Source of the DNA: Takakia lepidozioides
Lineage: Eukaryota; Plantae; Bryophyta
NCBI GenBank assembly: GCA_030704615.1
Contig: CM060731.1
Coordinates: 24,366,001 to 24,430,000 of the forward strand
Length of the DNA: 64,000 nt
Reading direction: 5' to 3'
Both the position numbers and the translations under genes were made by a program. The notes under the pieces are model-generated. The model saw nothing but the letters and a program-made list of their open reading frames with translations, was not told where the DNA came from and made no database searches. Shown here piece after piece: positions 60,920-64,000 of the stretch; the stretch's first letter is position 1; every line of letters starts with the position of its first letter.

Positions 60920-63345
60920 ATATAACACTTGTTTTTGCAACCCGTGTCAACACAATGGCGGTTTAGCTGCACTTTGTCCTTGATAATTTCACTACAGAAG
61001 GGACAGTGGAGCTTATCCTTTTGCCAATTGGAGTCTGCAGGCTTGATTGCGCGGAGGTCTAAGAATGCTTCGACTACTTTCGCATCATACTCCTCAGGTG
61101 AGTACCAGTACCTTCGTTCCTTTATCCTGGACTTGTGCATGAAATGCAACCAGTCTGCTCCACCCTTTGCACAAGCATCCTCCATGGCTGCAGAATCAGA
61201 CAAGAGATGCAGTGGCAATGAGCGACAGACAGACTAAGAATAAGAAAGCAGAGAAGAGCGGAAAAGAGAATGGAAAAAAACCAAAGCACAGAACACAAAA
61301 AGAAAAGCTCACCGGGCGTGTTGCGGAGGCGACGGTTGTTGCGACGATTCGGTGCTCACGCGACTGTCCGCGCCTCGAAAAGCTAACATGCACAAAAGAA
61401 AGCGGGCTCGCACAAATGGGAGTGGACGGGCTCTAAACGAAACAATGCGAAAGAAGTCTAGCGGGAAGTGGAGAACAGGTATAACCCTGCATGCGCGGAG
61501 TGACGTGACGAGATTTCACTGGCGCCCCTTTTTGGCCGCCATCGCATTAAATAGTTGCAGACCCCTCACACGTGCTGGCGGTATGCCACTGCACGGACAG
61601 TCCAGCAGACGGGATGAGTGGGACTATCGTCAGTCTGCCGTCGTTGCATTCATTAAGTCCAGTAGACTTACTCCTGATGACAAAGACGGCCGAACAGACC
61701 CAGTACCCTCGACAACAGACTCATATGCCACCGCAAGGACAGACTGACGACTGAGGTTAAGCGGACTGACGAAGAGACTAAGGCGAGTGCGGAGTCTGGT
61801 GCGGAGTCTGATGACATGCCACGACATGACTGGGCCTCCTTACCGCCGTCGCTGCATTTATTGCGTCTAGCAGACTTAAACCTAATGACATAACGGCCGA
61901 ACAGACTCACTGTAAACAAATTGCGCAACAACAGACTCATATACCATTGCACGGACAGTCCAGCAGACGGAAGGTTCAACAGACTGACGAAGAGACTGGC
62001 GCAAAGTAGTTTGCGCGACAACAGACTGATTTCTAACAGACTAATATCCCAAAAGACAAAGTATCCCCTAGGCGGCCGGGTGATACAGAAGTAAACCGTA
62101 AACCGCACTTTTTTGTCTGAGTTCGGACGCGGCGCGAGATCACTGGCGCCCCTTCCCACCGTCGTTGCATTAATAGGTCCAGCAGACTTACACGTGATTA
62201 TAATGACGACTCAACAGACCCAGCGCAAATAGACTTGCGCCACAGTAGACTGAGTTTGTGACAGTCCAGCTGACTGATATCAGCAGAGTGATGGGATATC
62301 AGTCCGGTCTGCTGGACTGTTGGTCTGTAAGGATACAAGTCTGGTGTGGCACGAGTCTGTTCTTCACTGGACTACTGGGCTGTCACTGCCTGCCGAATTC
62401 CGAAGTGTCTTCTTTCGTCTTATCCCCAAAGTCTCTTCTCTCGTCAGTCTGTTGAACCGTCGGTCAGCTGGAAGTCCGTCTCTTCGGATATGAATCTGTT
62501 TAACTACTACCTTTTAATTATCCGCATTGCCGTGAGTCTGCTGAGCCGTCGGACTGCTGAACCACGCTTGGTGTCGCCGTCATGCCGTGGTTGCATTTCA
62601 TCCGTCCAACAGACTTGCATATGCCTATACTCATGGCACAACACACTGCTTAACAATTTTTCCACATATCGTCCTAAAAAATAAGCACGTCAGCACAAAA
62701 CGAAGGCGAAAATAGTGGAAGCATATGCACGATGGTGGCTGTAGAGCCCCGCCAGCCCTCTCATGTTCAGGCACACCCTTCATCGTCATTAAAATCGCCA
62801 TAAACAAGAAGAACAGCCGCATGCGTGCAAAGTCACCTCCGCAACATTGGACAACAAAGAGCCGCAAGAACAAGACAACAAGAACGAGTGGGCAAGTTCG
62901 TGGCAAGATGTTATGATCTTCCATGCCCTAAACATGGATGGCGCGGATGGGTTTCTCAGAATGGACGATCCAGATCCTTCGGCCAGCGCGGGCTGGCAGA
63001 CTGGCAGACTGGGGCCAGGAGACGGGCACAACGGATTGTTGGGTGGACTTGCGGGGACTGGCACAGCGGACTGGCGTGCACAGCAGACTGGCCGGCAGAC
63101 TGGCGGTTTGGCGGACTGAGGGGAACTGGACTCGCGGTCAGCGGACTGGCGGGCGGACTGGCCGCGCCGGACTGGGGGCGCGGCGGAGCGCAGGCGCGAC
63201 TAGGGGGGGGGGGGACGGCAGCAACTGGGCAACCGCGCGCAGCCGGGGGGGGGGGGGGGGGTCCCCGGTGGGGGGAGCTGGGCGTCCATCCACCGGTCAA
63301 CTCGCGCATGCGCCACAACGTCCCAATTATTGTAAAATGAGAGGC
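60920..63345 (-). mobile_element. Second copy or derivative of the MULE-like DNA transposon
   Basis: 62933-63190 matches 13570-13810, and the terminus cccaattattgtaaaatgagaggc is identical. The interior is cagact-rich, with a small Cys/His ORF piece (CPFC...RHC) at 60904-61218. Confidence 0.6.
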
Positions 63346-63475
63346 GGAACAAATTGGTCACAAAAGATGAGAAGATGTCCAAGTACTTCTTCTTCGAGGG
63401 TACCGACTATAAGGACCTACAAGTCTAGGATTGGCTCAAAACTGACCCCAAAAGTATGGTGGAGTTGGCAAGCAT

Positions 63476-63552
63476 AGAGAGAGAAGACGTCGGCTTTGGC
63501 TGGCATAACTAATAAGAGCCCACTTCGCCTACCCCTTTCTGGGGTGGGCCCT
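63476..63552 (-). repeat. Second, inverted copy of the structured 3' UTR at 51055-51134
   Basis: Minus strand reads agggcccaccccagaaaggggtaggcgaagtgggctctta..gttatgccagc...gccgacgtcttctctctc. Confidence 0.75.
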
Positions 63553-64000
63553 GTTTGGCAAGCATACTTGGAGATGAATGACCAGCCCACGAAAAACCAG
63601 ACTCAAGATTCGAAGGTTTGGTCTATCTCACCTTCACAGTGCCATCGTGAAGAATGCTCTAAAAAGGCTGTTGGTAATGGTGGAAGCCCTAGATGCGATT
63701 ACTATCTTTGCAACGGTTGGCAAGTCCTGCCTTCTCAATCAAGAGCCGAGGGATCAGCAGCCCAACTGTTAGGTGGGCCTGCCGGTTGGGAACTAAGAGT
63801 TTTGAATCATGCAGGATAATGGCGTTGGATAGGCCACAGTTTGGTGTTGAATATCGGACCGGCGGTAGGCACAGCACCTCCACTTGTGAAAGACGATCAA
63901 GAGAGGGAGGTAAGAACAATTCTGGCACTGGGGGGTATGTGAGGACGCAATGTAATGCAGGATGGCAGAAAGAGGCACTGCACATTCGGAACTATGGAGG

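Overview
Eukaryotic, repeat-rich nuclear DNA from a non-seed land plant, most likely a bryophyte (inferred from a moss-type MIKCc MADS gene and PLS-type PPR remnants). There are two spliced host genes, both on the minus strand: a MIKCc MADS-box gene (exons 19905-16098, terminal exon unresolved) and a 14-exon peroxisomal acyl-CoA oxidase (40598-30120, ending in SKL). They are flanked by nested, decayed transposons: a chromovirus Gypsy 3' end, two L1-type LINE remnants, a MULE-like DNA transposon (two copies), a Helitron with an array of Helitron-like ends, an RLE-type non-LTR 3' end, and orphan gene fragments (PPR, OSB, ABCC, kinesin-13). The most striking signal is a Ty3/Gypsy retrotransposon whose polyprotein carries a DNMT3/DRM-like C5-cytosine methyltransferase between protease and RT, plus a PHD finger after the integrase (Gag-PR-MTase-RT-RNaseH-INT-PHD). 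It occurs in three pieces with complementary breakpoints: 57860-60919 (+), 7524-10600 (+) and 7528-5545 (-).
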